This document shows, in pieces, positions 1-9,174 of a stretch of DNA of 64,000 bases. Positions within the stretch are counted from its first letter, which is position 1. Every line of letters begins with the position of its first letter. The notes below the pieces were generated by a model. The model was not told the DNA's origin and made no database searches. It worked only from the letters and a program-made list of their open reading frames with translations. This DNA comes from a virus (Duplodnaviria; Caudoviricetes), in the IMG/VR virus record IMGVR_UViG_3300037067_015211, positions 64,001 through 128,000 of that record; one strand, 5' to 3'. Position numbers and translations under genes: made by a program.

Positions 1-903
1 AACCGCCCATTCTTTTTCCCCCTCACAGAAAGAACAGGGAAAGAATTCCCCCTTCCAGTTAATGTAGGCCGAAAATAGTCCAGATTCACATGGTTCGATC
101 ATAGTGAGAAATTGTTCATATTGACCATGTTTTAATATCCACCGCTCAAACTTAGTTGACGAGCAGGAGTCAAACCCTATCTTGTCGGTAAACACATCGT
201 TCAGGACGGCCTCAAATTTATCCTGTCTGACCACATGATATCCCACTCCCCTACCTTTAGGCTTTAGGCCAAGCAACACAATAGCATTCAGCTTTTCCAA
301 CCTCTTATCTGTCTTGGCGTCTCGAAAGACCTCTCGTACAAATTCCTCTGTTTCTTCAGCCAGAAGTAGATGGATATTTGTCTGCTTTACCCCCAGATCG
401 GTAAAAGTTTTTACCGTATTATATCCAGTATCCTTATCATTCGGATATACGCTAACCGCCAGACCGCCAATATATTTGGCTACCTTCTCGGCCATTTCTG
501 GCTCCAAATCCTTGCCAGTCAAAGTAAAATTAGGCACTATTCCATTATCTCTTGTGTATTGGAGGATTTGGACAAACTGTCTGTTTGTTTTGACCCCAGT
601 AATGCCTAGAGCGACCTGTGTGACAGTCTTGGGCATTTTGTATATAATATCCTTATATACGCCCAAAGTCATTACATCGGCCCTCTTGTAGTCCGCATTG
701 CCCTTGTAGCAGTGGGGGCAATTATTTGGGCAATATCCAGCGGCAATCTCGATATCTAGGATTTCGGGTCCGTATGGGGAATAAACGGGATCTTCGTCTT
801 CCGTTCTGCCCCATCTAGCAAAAGCCCCAGACATTTTGTGGAAAATGTAGTTGTAATCACTTGACCGCAAAATCTTTAGCCCATCTTTTTCGGTAATTTC
901 CAT
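1..903 (-). CDS. Radical SAM protein with SPASM-like Cys-rich C-terminus (runs off the window start)
   Basis: Not in the ORF track; translated by hand from ATG at 903 behind SD GAAGGAG. Contains CPNNCPHC (CxxxCxxC) and later EPCESGLFSAYINWKGEFFPCSFC. Confidence 0.8.
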   Translation of the reverse strand, partial: MEITEKDGLKILRSSDYNYIFHKMSGAFARWGRTEDEDPVYSPYGPEILDIEIAAGYCPNNCPHCYKGNADYKRADVMTLGVYKDIIYKMPKTVTQVALGITGVKTNRQFVQILQYTRDNGIVPNFTLTGKDLEPEMAEKVAKYIGGLAVSVYPNDKDTGYNTVKTFTDLGVKQTNIHLLLAEETEEFVREVFRDAKTDKRLEKLNAIVLLGLKPKGRGVGYHVVRQDKFEAVLNDVFTDKIGFDSCSSTKFERWILKHGQYEQFLTMIEPCESGLFSAYINWKGEFFPCSFCEGEKEWAV

Positions 904-927
904 GATAAACTCTCCTTCTATGCCTAT

Positions 928-955
928 ACTGTATGCATAAACGGAGAAAAAGCAA
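928..955 (-). promoter_or_regulatory. Putative sigma70-like promoter TTGCTT-N16-TACAGT
   Basis: Upstream of the radical SAM gene; same 16-nt spacing and ATGCA pre-10 as other promoters here. Confidence 0.45.
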
Positions 956-980
956 GCGATATTTTTAAAAATTTTTGCTC

Positions 981-1008
981 TTGACAAACGGGAGTTTATG
1001 TATAGACT
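981..1008 (+). promoter_or_regulatory. Promoter TTGACA-N16-TAGACT
   Basis: Consensus -35; followed by ATAGTTTGAAGGGAGA, which is repeated after the next promoter. Confidence 0.6.
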
Positions 1009-1062
1009 ACAAATAGTTTGAAGGGAGATAGACGGAGAAAGCCAATAATTTAAAAAAACATC

Positions 1063-1091
1063 TTGACAAGCATATAAATATGTATATGCTT
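1063..1091 (+). promoter_or_regulatory. Promoter TTGACA-N16-TATGCT overlapped by a 24-bp near-palindrome
   Basis: AAGCATATA-aatatg-TATATGCTT at 1068-1091; directly upstream of SD and ATG 1116. Confidence 0.6.
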
Positions 1092-1115
1092 ATCTATAGT
1101 TGAAGGGAGAAAATA

Positions 1116-1448
1116 ATGAAGCTTATCACAAAAGAAATTGAAAAACAAATTCCTGCCCTGTACTCCCAAGATGGAAAAGAAATGGCAGATGTGATTTGTT
1201 ATGCAAAATTGTTTGACCCCTACGGTCAATCCTTTTGGTTTCTCACCGAATATGATCCTAATGAGCGGCTGGCATTTGGCTGGGCATGTTTGGGCGGAGA
1301 CACTGACAATGCTGAATTTGGATATGTCAGCATTGCCGAACTGGAAAAAATTCAATTCATGGGCAAACCTCGTATTGAGAGAGACAAGTATTTCCGGCCC
1401 TGTCCGCTTGGGAAGGCTGTAAAAGAAAGATTGGATGTGGTAATTTAA
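1116..1448 (+). CDS. DUF2958-like phage/MGE protein
   Basis: KLFDPYGQSFWFLTEYD...AEFGYVSIAEL...IERDKYF pattern; SD GGGAG. Confidence 0.7.
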   Translation: MKLITKEIEKQIPALYSQDGKEMADVICYAKLFDPYGQSFWFLTEYDPNERLAFGWACLGGDTDNAEFGYVSIAELEKIQFMGKPRIERDKYFRPCPLGKAVKERLDVVI

Positions 1449-1517
1449 AAAAATATATTGACTTTTTGGAAAAAATATGATAAAAATAAAACAGAATTTT
1501 TAAAAAGGAGAACAATA

Positions 1518-2150
1518 ATGGGTCTGGGGCGAGAACTTAGCAAGGCGTTTAGTGGGTTGGAAAAGAGAATTTCTTACTTGGAAAAGGAAAATGCCCGATT
1601 GCGCAAGAAGGTGGAGGGCGAGACGGTTCGAAAGCGGTCTTCTAGGGCGGCGAAGAAGGTCGGCAAGCGTGGTCCCGGTCGCCCCCCGAAGGAAGTCGCC
1701 AATGAAGAGGTCAAGCCCAAGCGACGGGGACGGCCTCCGAAGAAGGCTGCGCCCAAGGATAATACTCCAAAGAAGCGTGGGCGACCCCCGATAGATAGGT
1801 CGATCCCTGTTAAGGTGCCCAAGAAGCGTGGGCGTCCACCTCTCCCTGAGCACTTGCTGAAACACAATCCGTTTGCCCATCGGCTTAAGCTTGGCGAGCA
1901 AAAGGTAGAGTATAAGTCTGTACCCGAGCCTATTGTCGAACAGGAAGCCGAAGAGACCAAAGATTTGCGCTTGGCCGCGCAAGGCGAAATCTACGACGAC
2001 AAAGATTTGTTGGAATTGGCTGAGGTTTTGCCCAAAGAAGAGGAAGATGACGACGATGGGGGAGAAGACGAGGATTGGAGCAGTGGGGTAAGCGAAGATA
2101 TTCCCTTTGCGGACGACGACGAGCCGGATGAGGATGCAGACGACGAATAA
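1518..2150 (+). CDS. HMGA-like AT-hook DNA-binding protein with acidic tail
   Basis: Four (R/P)GRPP motifs, N-terminal coiled coil, D/E-rich C-terminus. Start moved to ATG 1518 behind AAGGAG. Confidence 0.75.
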   Translation: MGLGRELSKAFSGLEKRISYLEKENARLRKKVEGETVRKRSSRAAKKVGKRGPGRPPKEVANEEVKPKRRGRPPKKAAPKDNTPKKRGRPPIDRSIPVKVPKKRGRPPLPEHLLKHNPFAHRLKLGEQKVEYKSVPEPIVEQEAEETKDLRLAAQGEIYDDKDLLELAEVLPKEEEDDDDGGEDEDWSSGVSEDIPFADDDEPDEDADDE

Positions 2151-2176
2151 AAACCCCTAATTCCCCCTTTCACAGT

Positions 2177-2207
2177 GGGGCTAGGTGCAATGCCTAGCCC
2201 CTTTTTT
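2177..2207 (+). terminator. Rho-independent terminator
   Basis: GGGGCTAGG-tgcaatg-CCTAGCCCC followed by T-tract. Confidence 0.85.
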
Positions 2208-2238
2208 ATTAGATTGTCTTGGAAGCAATTTGGAAGAA

Positions 2239-2610
2239 CTACACTAAATGATTTATTTGATCTATTGTGTTTTCCAATTTGGTAAATAAATCGCGCATAA
2301 CATCGGGTTCATTCTTGTTGGCCGCAACGAAATCATTTAATATCTTTCCCAACTCCGCCACTTTCATTTGATTCCACTTGTTCATATCTATTTTTTCTTC
2401 AAAGCAAGAAAGAATTTTATCCATATCATTAACGTTTAGGAAAAACAAGATAAACTTTCTTGCTTCATAGTCACATTTATCACATATAGGAAGATAAAAA
2501 TCGCTAATCATATTTACTTTAATTTGAGAATAGCAAGGGGATTTTCCACAACGGAAACATTTGACTTTTCTTACTTGTTTTACAGAATACTTTTTGTTTG
2601 AGAAATCCAT
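2239..2610 (-). CDS. Hypothetical protein with CxxC...CxxC zinc motif
   Basis: CFRC...CDKC. Confidence 0.6.
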   Translation of the reverse strand: MDFSNKKYSVKQVRKVKCFRCGKSPCYSQIKVNMISDFYLPICDKCDYEARKFILFFLNVNDMDKILSCFEEKIDMNKWNQMKVAELGKILNDFVAANKNEPDVMRDLFTKLENTIDQINHLV

Positions 2611-2622
2611 ATTGTTTTTTTT

Positions 2623-5600
2623 CTATTTGTTTTTTGTTAATTCATTGTATTTTTTCATTAGCAATTCTTTGTCCGCGCCTTTAACGTCAAATGTAAACTT
2701 ATAAATCCACTTTGCATTGCCAGACTTAATCACCATATTTTGAAGTACATTTATCTGTTCTGGCAACAAACCTTTAATTGCATCAAAAAAATTACCGCTT
2801 TTAAAAGTCTTAAACAACTTATTATAATCCACATCATAACCTCTTTCAGTGGGTAAAATACCCCTATACTTTTTCATTATTTTCTTAACATCCGGACTTA
2901 ACTCATCATAATAAGAATAAGGAGTTTTAGCAGAATACTTTTTATCTAGCACATCTTTAATCCACCTAGATTCACCCTTTTCAAACTTAGTAAAAATTGA
3001 TCCGGTATTGTGTTCAATATCATTGATTCTATCGATAATATACATTAGCTTTTTATGATCTGTTACAGAAGTATTTTTAAGGTCAATCAAATACTGAGTA
3101 ATAGCTGCCCATCTAGGTCCACCATATTGATAAGCCCAAGGAAGTTCATTAAATACCCTATGTGCCAATTCAAGGGGAATATAATCTCTTTCGCCATTCA
3201 AAATATGATCCGCTTGCTCTTTCGAAATATTTAACTTCTTTGCCAACTCATCTGCATTATTAATACCAGTTCTATTGCCCACATATCCAAAATACATATG
3301 CTCATCATATACCGCCTTGGTAAGATTCTTCACATATTCGTCTTTAACCTCTTCCAAAATCTGATAAGCCACTTGTTTATCTTCATCGTCTAACTGATCC
3401 ATCACAGTAGATAGAGCATAAAAATCATATACTTGTGATGGCTGTAAAGCTAGTCTTTTACGCCATGTATTGTATATCATATTTGCTGACACTTCCCATG
3501 TTTGTGTGGGTTCATAATATTTCTTTGCATCTTCTGGCTTCATGGACTCCGGAAAATCCATTTGTCGCATACCCGGATCCAACTCCAACTCTTCCACATC
3601 GCTAAATTCTTCGTATTCGCTTTTATCCGTTAGACTGTTGCTCTCACGTATTTTTCCCCTAACGAAATCTTCGAATCCTTGGTCATGAATTCCGTATGTC
3701 ATATCGCCCCAGACAAATATAAAATCACCGCAGGCATTCTCGTATCTTCTCAAATCAATCCTACCAAGTGGATGTTCTATTTCTTTATCGCCTTCTCTTA
3801 CCAAATACGCGACCATCCCGCCTCTGGCTATTTTGCTAAACACATATTGTTTCTCGTCCCCATGCATAAATCCAGCCGCTCCGTAGTTTTTTAACTCCTC
3901 GGGCCTCAATGTAAGGCAGGATGTCCATCCCCGGTCCGTGCTCATCCCAGCAATATCTTCCGGTTTATGCGTGAATACGATAAAATGCGGCTGTTGCGAT
4001 TTAATACCACCCTGTAAGCGATCTACAAAAATGGCTAGTAATTCAGGTTGGTCCTTTAGAAGCTTCCCTATGCCTATTTCTCGGCCTGTACGGGCATTTT
4101 GAGCGAGTCCTTGCCGATAATCAACAATTTGGTAACCGTTCCTGAGCAAATGAGATTCCAAGTTCCAAGGCACTTGAATTTTGTCTGCCTTTGGGGTGTA
4201 TGGAAAATATGTCCGCTCTTGCTGGAAGAGCAGCCCCCAAGTAAGTGATTTTGGTCTTTTCTTGGCATATTCTTCCGCCGCTTTTAACTCTTCTTCAGAA
4301 AGTTTGGATTGCTTCTGCCATGTGGTGTAGATAGATGCGAATTTTTTATTTTTTAACTCCTCATATTTTTTCATCAACAATTTTTTATTAGCTCCATTTA
4401 CACCTTCGGCAAAACGGTAAATCCAATGTTCATTGCCAGACCTAATTATTGCATCTTGTAATTTGGATATATTGACTCCCTTAATATCCTTGGCAACCTT
4501 ATAAATTAAAGGCCCATAGAAAAAAAGGTTTCCTTCCTCATCGTCGTTTGCGGTTTTCGCGGTTAGCCTATTTTCTACTATTTTTAGAGCATCTCTTTCG
4601 TCCTTAGTGTATTGACTTACTTCTTTTTTATCACTTTGTCCTTCAATCCTGCCAAAATTATCCAAAAAATATTGTTCACTTGAACGCCATAAATCATTAT
4701 TGCTTACAATCTCCAGCCAAGAATAAGTATTAAGCTTAGTTCCCATAACCTCTAAATTATTATCCTCGATCCACTTCCTTACGAACGGCATATACTCACT
4801 GTTTGGTCTACTATCGGACTTCCCATATACTTGCCAGACTTCATTGCCCCTTACATCAATCGTTACATGAGGCTCATTGGTAGAATCTCTTAAAGAATAT
4901 ATCTCTTTCTCGCCGCTCTCTACGTCCCGCCAATAATTTTCTCCCCCCACACAATGCCCCATCTTGTTGCCTTCTTCAACAAGATCGACATTACTGTGGA
5001 TATTTACCATCTTCATAGACTGGCCATCTACGGTAATTGTTTGGTCTCCTAGATGACCTACGCGGTATTCCTCTACTTTTTCTACGCTGGAACCGCCCGT
5101 ACCAATACGATGCCATTCATAAGAAGAATTAACCGCCTCATCATAAGACATATTTGAAACTTCTGCATATCCAACATCTATATACCAGTCATAAACTTCA
5201 TTTAAAGATTGCCGATTGCTCGAAATGTATCCACCCTTTACCCAGCCAACAAACTTTTCCATTATCGTTTGCATGCCACCTCTATCTGTTGGTGGATATT
5301 GTTTAACTATTCCTTCTATTCTAATCAAATATTTGCTATCATCTGCATTCAACTGTGACTTGTCTTCCTCTATCTCTAACTTTTTGTTGGGAATCAAAAT
5401 TTCCCAAGTCTTCTTGGAATCCTTTTGGGACAGGCCCATTATCTTAGTATAGTTGTTAATAATGAAGTTTGGGTCTTGCTTAATGGCCTTTATGGGTACC
5501 ACGACATTAGCCGGTAGATTAAACTCCTGTCTAACTAGGTCCGCTATCTCCTTACTTTTTACCTGCTCACCCTGCATGGAGTCTTGTAGCCTATCTACTA

Positions 5601-7116
5601 AACCAGCTAATAATTTCTTTGCAAATATTTGCCGTTGCCATGTGGTATGTATCAGCGATCCAGTTCTTTTTTGATATTCATTATCCATCAAAGCAACCGG
5701 TCCCTTATGATATTTTTCCCTACGAGTATTCTCATTCTGTAACTTCTCTTTCCAAAATGAAGTAACAGGATACTCGCCAAAAAATATCGGATCAACAGCC
5801 CCCATATCCCTACCTGACCACGTTGTTCTTACGCGATACGTTCCATCTGGATTAACGGCAAGAATTTGGGCACCCTCTTCAGTGGCATATCCATCACCGA
5901 TAATAATGGCTAAATCAGGGTTATTTTTAGATGTGGCAAATTGTTTGACCTTTTCTTGTCCTTCTCGTTTTTTTTCATAATTGGAATAAATCAATGACGC
6001 TTGTTTTTTGTTTTTCAATTCATTGTATTTTTTCTTTAATAATTTTTTGCCTGCCCCTTTAACATCTTGGGCAAATCTATAAATCCACTCTGTATTACCA
6101 GACTTAATCACAACATCTTGTAATCTGGGTATATCCGCGCCTTTAATATCTTTGGCAAACATATAGATCCACTCTGCTTTGCCAGTTTTAATTATTGCTT
6201 TCTGCAATTTAGATATATCGGCCCCTTTTACATTTTTTGCAAAATAAAAAATAAATTCTTCGTCTTTAGATTTAATTATTTGATCTTGTAATTTAATAAT
6301 TTGTTCTTTAGGTATAAAATCTCCGTATTTAGAAATATAATCAAATGCAAATATTCCTTCTGGGAATATATCATGATATCCCTTTTCGACATCTTCTAAA
6401 GCAAAATCTTGTAAATCCAATATAGTAGCAGTTATTTTATTGCTTTCAGCTAATTTGCTATTAACAAACTCTACAAAATTGTTGTCTTGAATACCGTAGC
6501 ATTCATTACTTCCAACAAAAATAAAATTGCCATTATTATCTCCATATCTCCTAATAGCTACTCTAGCCAATGGGGCTTCAATATTCTTATCGCTCTCTTT
6601 AATCAAATAGGCTACTAACCCACCCCTTTCTATTTTGTTAAATACTTGTTCATGGTGCTCACCGCCCCTTAAATCTACACAAGATTTCCAGTTTCTATCG
6701 GTAGATGATCCAGCTATATCCTCTGGCTTATGGCTAAATACTACCAATAAGTTTTCATTATATTGCTTAGCCTGTCCTTGTAGCCTATCATCAAATAGCT
6801 TTTTAAGGTCTTGTCTATTTTCCCTATTTAAAATCTTGCCTATCCCTATTGGTTGATTTTTGACCTTCTTCTTCGCCAATCCCTGTCGATAATCTACTAC
6901 CTCGAATCCTATAGAATCCAAAAATGCCTGAATCTCTTGAGGCACTTCTAGGGGCTGTTGTGTGGCTGTTTTATAAGGAAAATATGTCCGCTCTTGTTGA
7001 AAAAGCGGTCCCCATGTTAATTTTTTGCTACGCTTCTTGGCCGCTTCTTCAGCCATAGCAAGTTCTTCTTGGGATAGCTTGGCCTTTACTGTTCTTTTCC
7101 AAGTATCGTATATCAT
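2623..7116 (-). CDS. 1497-aa modular (polyvalent) protein: module A, repeats, small module, PcfJ-like domain, repeat, module A, module B, repeat; putative virion-delivered polyprotein
   Basis: Internal duplication of ERTYFPY...PEDIAG.STDR.W.SC. PcfJ-like EEGNKMGHCVG...IYSLRD...PHVTI...QVYGK.D.RP. Five copies of the IY.TW-type motif at junctions. Confidence 0.8.
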   Translation of the reverse strand: MIYDTWKRTVKAKLSQEELAMAEEAAKKRSKKLTWGPLFQQERTYFPYKTATQQPLEVPQEIQAFLDSIGFEVVDYRQGLAKKKVKNQPIGIGKILNRENRQDLKKLFDDRLQGQAKQYNENLLVVFSHKPEDIAGSSTDRNWKSCVDLRGGEHHEQVFNKIERGGLVAYLIKESDKNIEAPLARVAIRRYGDNNGNFIFVGSNECYGIQDNNFVEFVNSKLAESNKITATILDLQDFALEDVEKGYHDIFPEGIFAFDYISKYGDFIPKEQIIKLQDQIIKSKDEEFIFYFAKNVKGADISKLQKAIIKTGKAEWIYMFAKDIKGADIPRLQDVVIKSGNTEWIYRFAQDVKGAGKKLLKKKYNELKNKKQASLIYSNYEKKREGQEKVKQFATSKNNPDLAIIIGDGYATEEGAQILAVNPDGTYRVRTTWSGRDMGAVDPIFFGEYPVTSFWKEKLQNENTRREKYHKGPVALMDNEYQKRTGSLIHTTWQRQIFAKKLLAGLVDRLQDSMQGEQVKSKEIADLVRQEFNLPANVVVPIKAIKQDPNFIINNYTKIMGLSQKDSKKTWEILIPNKKLEIEEDKSQLNADDSKYLIRIEGIVKQYPPTDRGGMQTIMEKFVGWVKGGYISSNRQSLNEVYDWYIDVGYAEVSNMSYDEAVNSSYEWHRIGTGGSSVEKVEEYRVGHLGDQTITVDGQSMKMVNIHSNVDLVEEGNKMGHCVGGENYWRDVESGEKEIYSLRDSTNEPHVTIDVRGNEVWQVYGKSDSRPNSEYMPFVRKWIEDNNLEVMGTKLNTYSWLEIVSNNDLWRSSEQYFLDNFGRIEGQSDKKEVSQYTKDERDALKIVENRLTAKTANDDEEGNLFFYGPLIYKVAKDIKGVNISKLQDAIIRSGNEHWIYRFAEGVNGANKKLLMKKYEELKNKKFASIYTTWQKQSKLSEEELKAAEEYAKKRPKSLTWGLLFQQERTYFPYTPKADKIQVPWNLESHLLRNGYQIVDYRQGLAQNARTGREIGIGKLLKDQPELLAIFVDRLQGGIKSQQPHFIVFTHKPEDIAGMSTDRGWTSCLTLRPEELKNYGAAGFMHGDEKQYVFSKIARGGMVAYLVREGDKEIEHPLGRIDLRRYENACGDFIFVWGDMTYGIHDQGFEDFVRGKIRESNSLTDKSEYEEFSDVEELELDPGMRQMDFPESMKPEDAKKYYEPTQTWEVSANMIYNTWRKRLALQPSQVYDFYALSTVMDQLDDEDKQVAYQILEEVKDEYVKNLTKAVYDEHMYFGYVGNRTGINNADELAKKLNISKEQADHILNGERDYIPLELAHRVFNELPWAYQYGGPRWAAITQYLIDLKNTSVTDHKKLMYIIDRINDIEHNTGSIFTKFEKGESRWIKDVLDKKYSAKTPYSYYDELSPDVKKIMKKYRGILPTERGYDVDYNKLFKTFKSGNFFDAIKGLLPEQINVLQNMVIKSGNAKWIYKFTFDVKGADKELLMKKYNELTKNK
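2815..3480 (-). repeat. Module B copy 1; near-identical DNA to 37140-37808 and a more diverged copy at ~48180-48811
   Basis: MIYNTWRKRLALQPSQVYDFYALST...YGGPRW...DRINDIEHNTGSIFTKF...YDVDYNKLF. Confidence 0.9.
6010..6300 (-). repeat. 28-aa (84-nt) coding tandem repeat x3
   Basis: xxIIKSGxxxWIYxFAxD(I/V)KGADIxxLQ; further copies at ~4345-4510, ~2626-2745 and ~36705-37075. Confidence 0.85.
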
Positions 7117-7451
7117 GATTTTCGCACCTTCTTCTCTACCGCATTACAAATCTCGTGCGCCTCGTCGTATGACAAACCCATGTGTTTCATAAGCGTTCTC
7201 TCTATCATCTCGTGCAGGATAATCGGAAAATGCTGAGACGAATCAATGTTACCATCTATCCAAATTTCTTTGTCGGGAATAAAGGAGTATCTCTCTCCGT
7301 TACCACCCTCTACGAAATCCATTTCGTACTTTGTCTTTACGGCATCCCCGTCAACAATTTTTATCACAACATCAGTGTCTACGGGAAGGCGATTTTCTTT
7401 CGCTATTTCCTTGATTTTATTTATCATCCAAGTCTTGAAAATCTTGTCCAT
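7113..7451 (-). CDS. Small zincin-like protein (HExxE...YxxAH)
   Basis: EIWID...IILHEMIERTLM...SYDEAHE; N-terminus KIFKTW resembles the shared leader. Confidence 0.6.
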   Translation of the reverse strand: MDKIFKTWMINKIKEIAKENRLPVDTDVVIKIVDGDAVKTKYEMDFVEGGNGERYSFIPDKEIWIDGNIDSSQHFPIILHEMIERTLMKHMGLSYDEAHEICNAVEKKVRKS

Positions 7452-7595
7452 ATTGATATAATAGTCTATAGAAAAACTATTATATTTTTATGAGATTAAA
7501 AGATATTGGGAAAGATAAAGTACCAGCAAGAGAAGATGACGATCCATTCTTATGGTTCGTCCAAAATTTTAGACGAGAATTTCCAGTAAAGGACA

Positions 7596-7742
7596 ATGAT
7601 GACAAATCAAGAATGCCAAAAGCTAATAAAAGAACTTAGACGGCTAAAGAAATCACTAGATACGCCAGAAAAATCACTGAAATTCTTGGTAGATGCAGGG
7701 ATTTGCGCTAAAACAGGTAAGCTGTCTAAGAATTACCGCTAA
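7596..7742 (+). CDS. Small hypothetical protein (48 aa)
   Basis: Hand-translated MMTNQECQKLIKELRRLKKSLDTPEKSLKFLVDAGICAKTGKLSKNYR; SD AAGGA. Confidence 0.5.
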   Translation: MMTNQECQKLIKELRRLKKSLDTPEKSLKFLVDAGICAKTGKLSKNYR

Positions 7743-8364
7743 ATCTAAACAAAACCATATTTACATTATGTGTCTCGGGCAACACGCCTACCAACTCTAC
7801 TCCAAATTTTTGTAGCCTATCCAGATTGGGCTGTCCACCGCGCATAAGCAAATTATATGAATCTGGCGTCATGGAAGCCGCTAAATACTTGTATCCTTTA
7901 CCCTTTAACTGTTGCAAATAATTGATAAGCAACTTGGTTACAACGATTCCCCTCTTTACATCCGCCATACTCTTAAGCACATTAAAATTGGCCACGTAAT
8001 GCACTTTACCCTTTCTGGCAGACTTTAGGACATCCTTGTACAATGATTTGATGTTATCGGTCGTATAAAGCTGTATGTCCTTAAATTCGTCATAATCGGG
8101 TGCATTGTCCGTATTGATGAAATCATAGCCGCCTAGATAGCCCACGGGCTTGTTCTCGTCCTTGGCTATGTTAAACACAGCACCCGGCTGTTCCGTGTCG
8201 TCTATAAGGTCGTCCGCTGGCTGGGGACCATAATAGGTAAGGCCATCGCCAAATCCTTGCTCTTCTAACTCGGCTAGTTGATTGGCGGTCTGCTCGTCCA
8301 GTTTGTCTTTAACTTCCTGAACAATGATTTTCGCCAGCCGTCTGAGGTACGTTTGGTAAATCAT
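7726..8364 (-). CDS. GNAT-fold acetyltransferase-like protein with leader MIYQTYLRRLA
   Basis: PVGYLGG...HYVANFNVL...KRGIVVTKLL...GYKYLAA...SYNLL resembles GNAT topology. Confidence 0.55.
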   Translation of the reverse strand: MIYQTYLRRLAKIIVQEVKDKLDEQTANQLAELEEQGFGDGLTYYGPQPADDLIDDTEQPGAVFNIAKDENKPVGYLGGYDFINTDNAPDYDEFKDIQLYTTDNIKSLYKDVLKSARKGKVHYVANFNVLKSMADVKRGIVVTKLLINYLQQLKGKGYKYLAASMTPDSYNLLMRGGQPNLDRLQKFGVELVGVLPETHNVNMVLFRFSGNS

Positions 8365-8753
8365 TTACCATCTTCTTTTATTTTTATCGATTTATCAATA
8401 AAATATTTTTTATTAGTAATGTGTGTGCCCCCAAAACTAATTCCCAATAAAATTCCCATTCTTGTTTTCCACTCAGTTAGATACCCAACAAAATCATCAT
8501 ATTTATCGCCAATTGGAGTTGGAATTACATCCATACTTCCAACCGTAGAATAAAAGACTTTCTCTGTAACCTCTTGCATAGTATCGCTAAACCTATTAAT
8601 ATAGGCATCCCACTTACATCTAGCGGGGCTTGATGGGTCACACTTATCCATCGACCTAAACTTTTCTTTTATATCTCTAGCGTTCCAGTCTTCAAAGTTA
8701 AAATATTTTTTTTGTGCTTGTTTTTTTTCTTTCCAATTTTTAAATATTTCCAT
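8361..8753 (-). CDS. Hypothetical protein with leader MEIFKNWKEKKQAQ
   Basis: ORF with SD GAGG; ATGA overlap with the next gene. Confidence 0.65.
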   Translation of the reverse strand: MEIFKNWKEKKQAQKKYFNFEDWNARDIKEKFRSMDKCDPSSPARCKWDAYINRFSDTMQEVTEKVFYSTVGSMDVIPTPIGDKYDDFVGYLTEWKTRMGILLGISFGGTHITNKKYFIDKSIKIKEDGK

Positions 8754-8765
8754 GTTACCTCACTC

Positions 8766-8933
8766 CTAAGGTACGTTTGGTAGATCATCTTTACTCTTCT
8801 TAGTAGTGGCCAAATAACGCTTGCTCTTCATTTGGTCAGCAAATTTATTCGCCTGTCGCTCTTCCTTAGTTCTAGTCTTCCACTTACCATGTTCGAATTT
8901 TTGGCTTCCATTCCGCTGAGTCCTATTAGCCAT
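8766..8933 (-). CDS. Small basic hypothetical protein (55 aa)
   Basis: Hand-translated MANRTQRNGSQKFEHGKWK...; SD AGGAG. Confidence 0.5.
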   Translation of the reverse strand: MANRTQRNGSQKFEHGKWKTRTKEERQANKFADQMKSKRYLATTKKSKDDLPNVP

Positions 8934-8958
8934 TACATCTCTCCTATAATAGTTGTTT

Positions 8959-9174
8959 TCAGCCTTTTATTCTAATTGATATTTCTACTTCTTTTTTGCA
9001 CTTAGGACAATCAATCAGTTCCTTATCTGTAATCGTCTTGCCATGTAGACCAATCTTTTGAGCACAAAATGGACATCTTATAATGATCTGCCACTTTTCC
9101 TTCTCATTAGATTTAGGCATCGGAGGACACATGTTTTTAAATACATCACTAAAATCAAATGGATTTGACATCAT
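8959..9174 (-). CDS. Zinc-ribbon protein
   Basis: CPFC...CPKC. Confidence 0.6.
   Translation of the reverse strand: MMSNPFDFSDVFKNMCPPMPKSNEKEKWQIIIRCPFCAQKIGLHGKTITDKELIDCPKCKKEVEISIRIKG

Noticed and set aside
2815-3480. B1/B2 duplication as a DGR template/variable repeat pair
   Set aside because: The differences I checked are mostly third-position changes not limited to adenines, both copies are coding, and there is no reverse transcriptase in the window.
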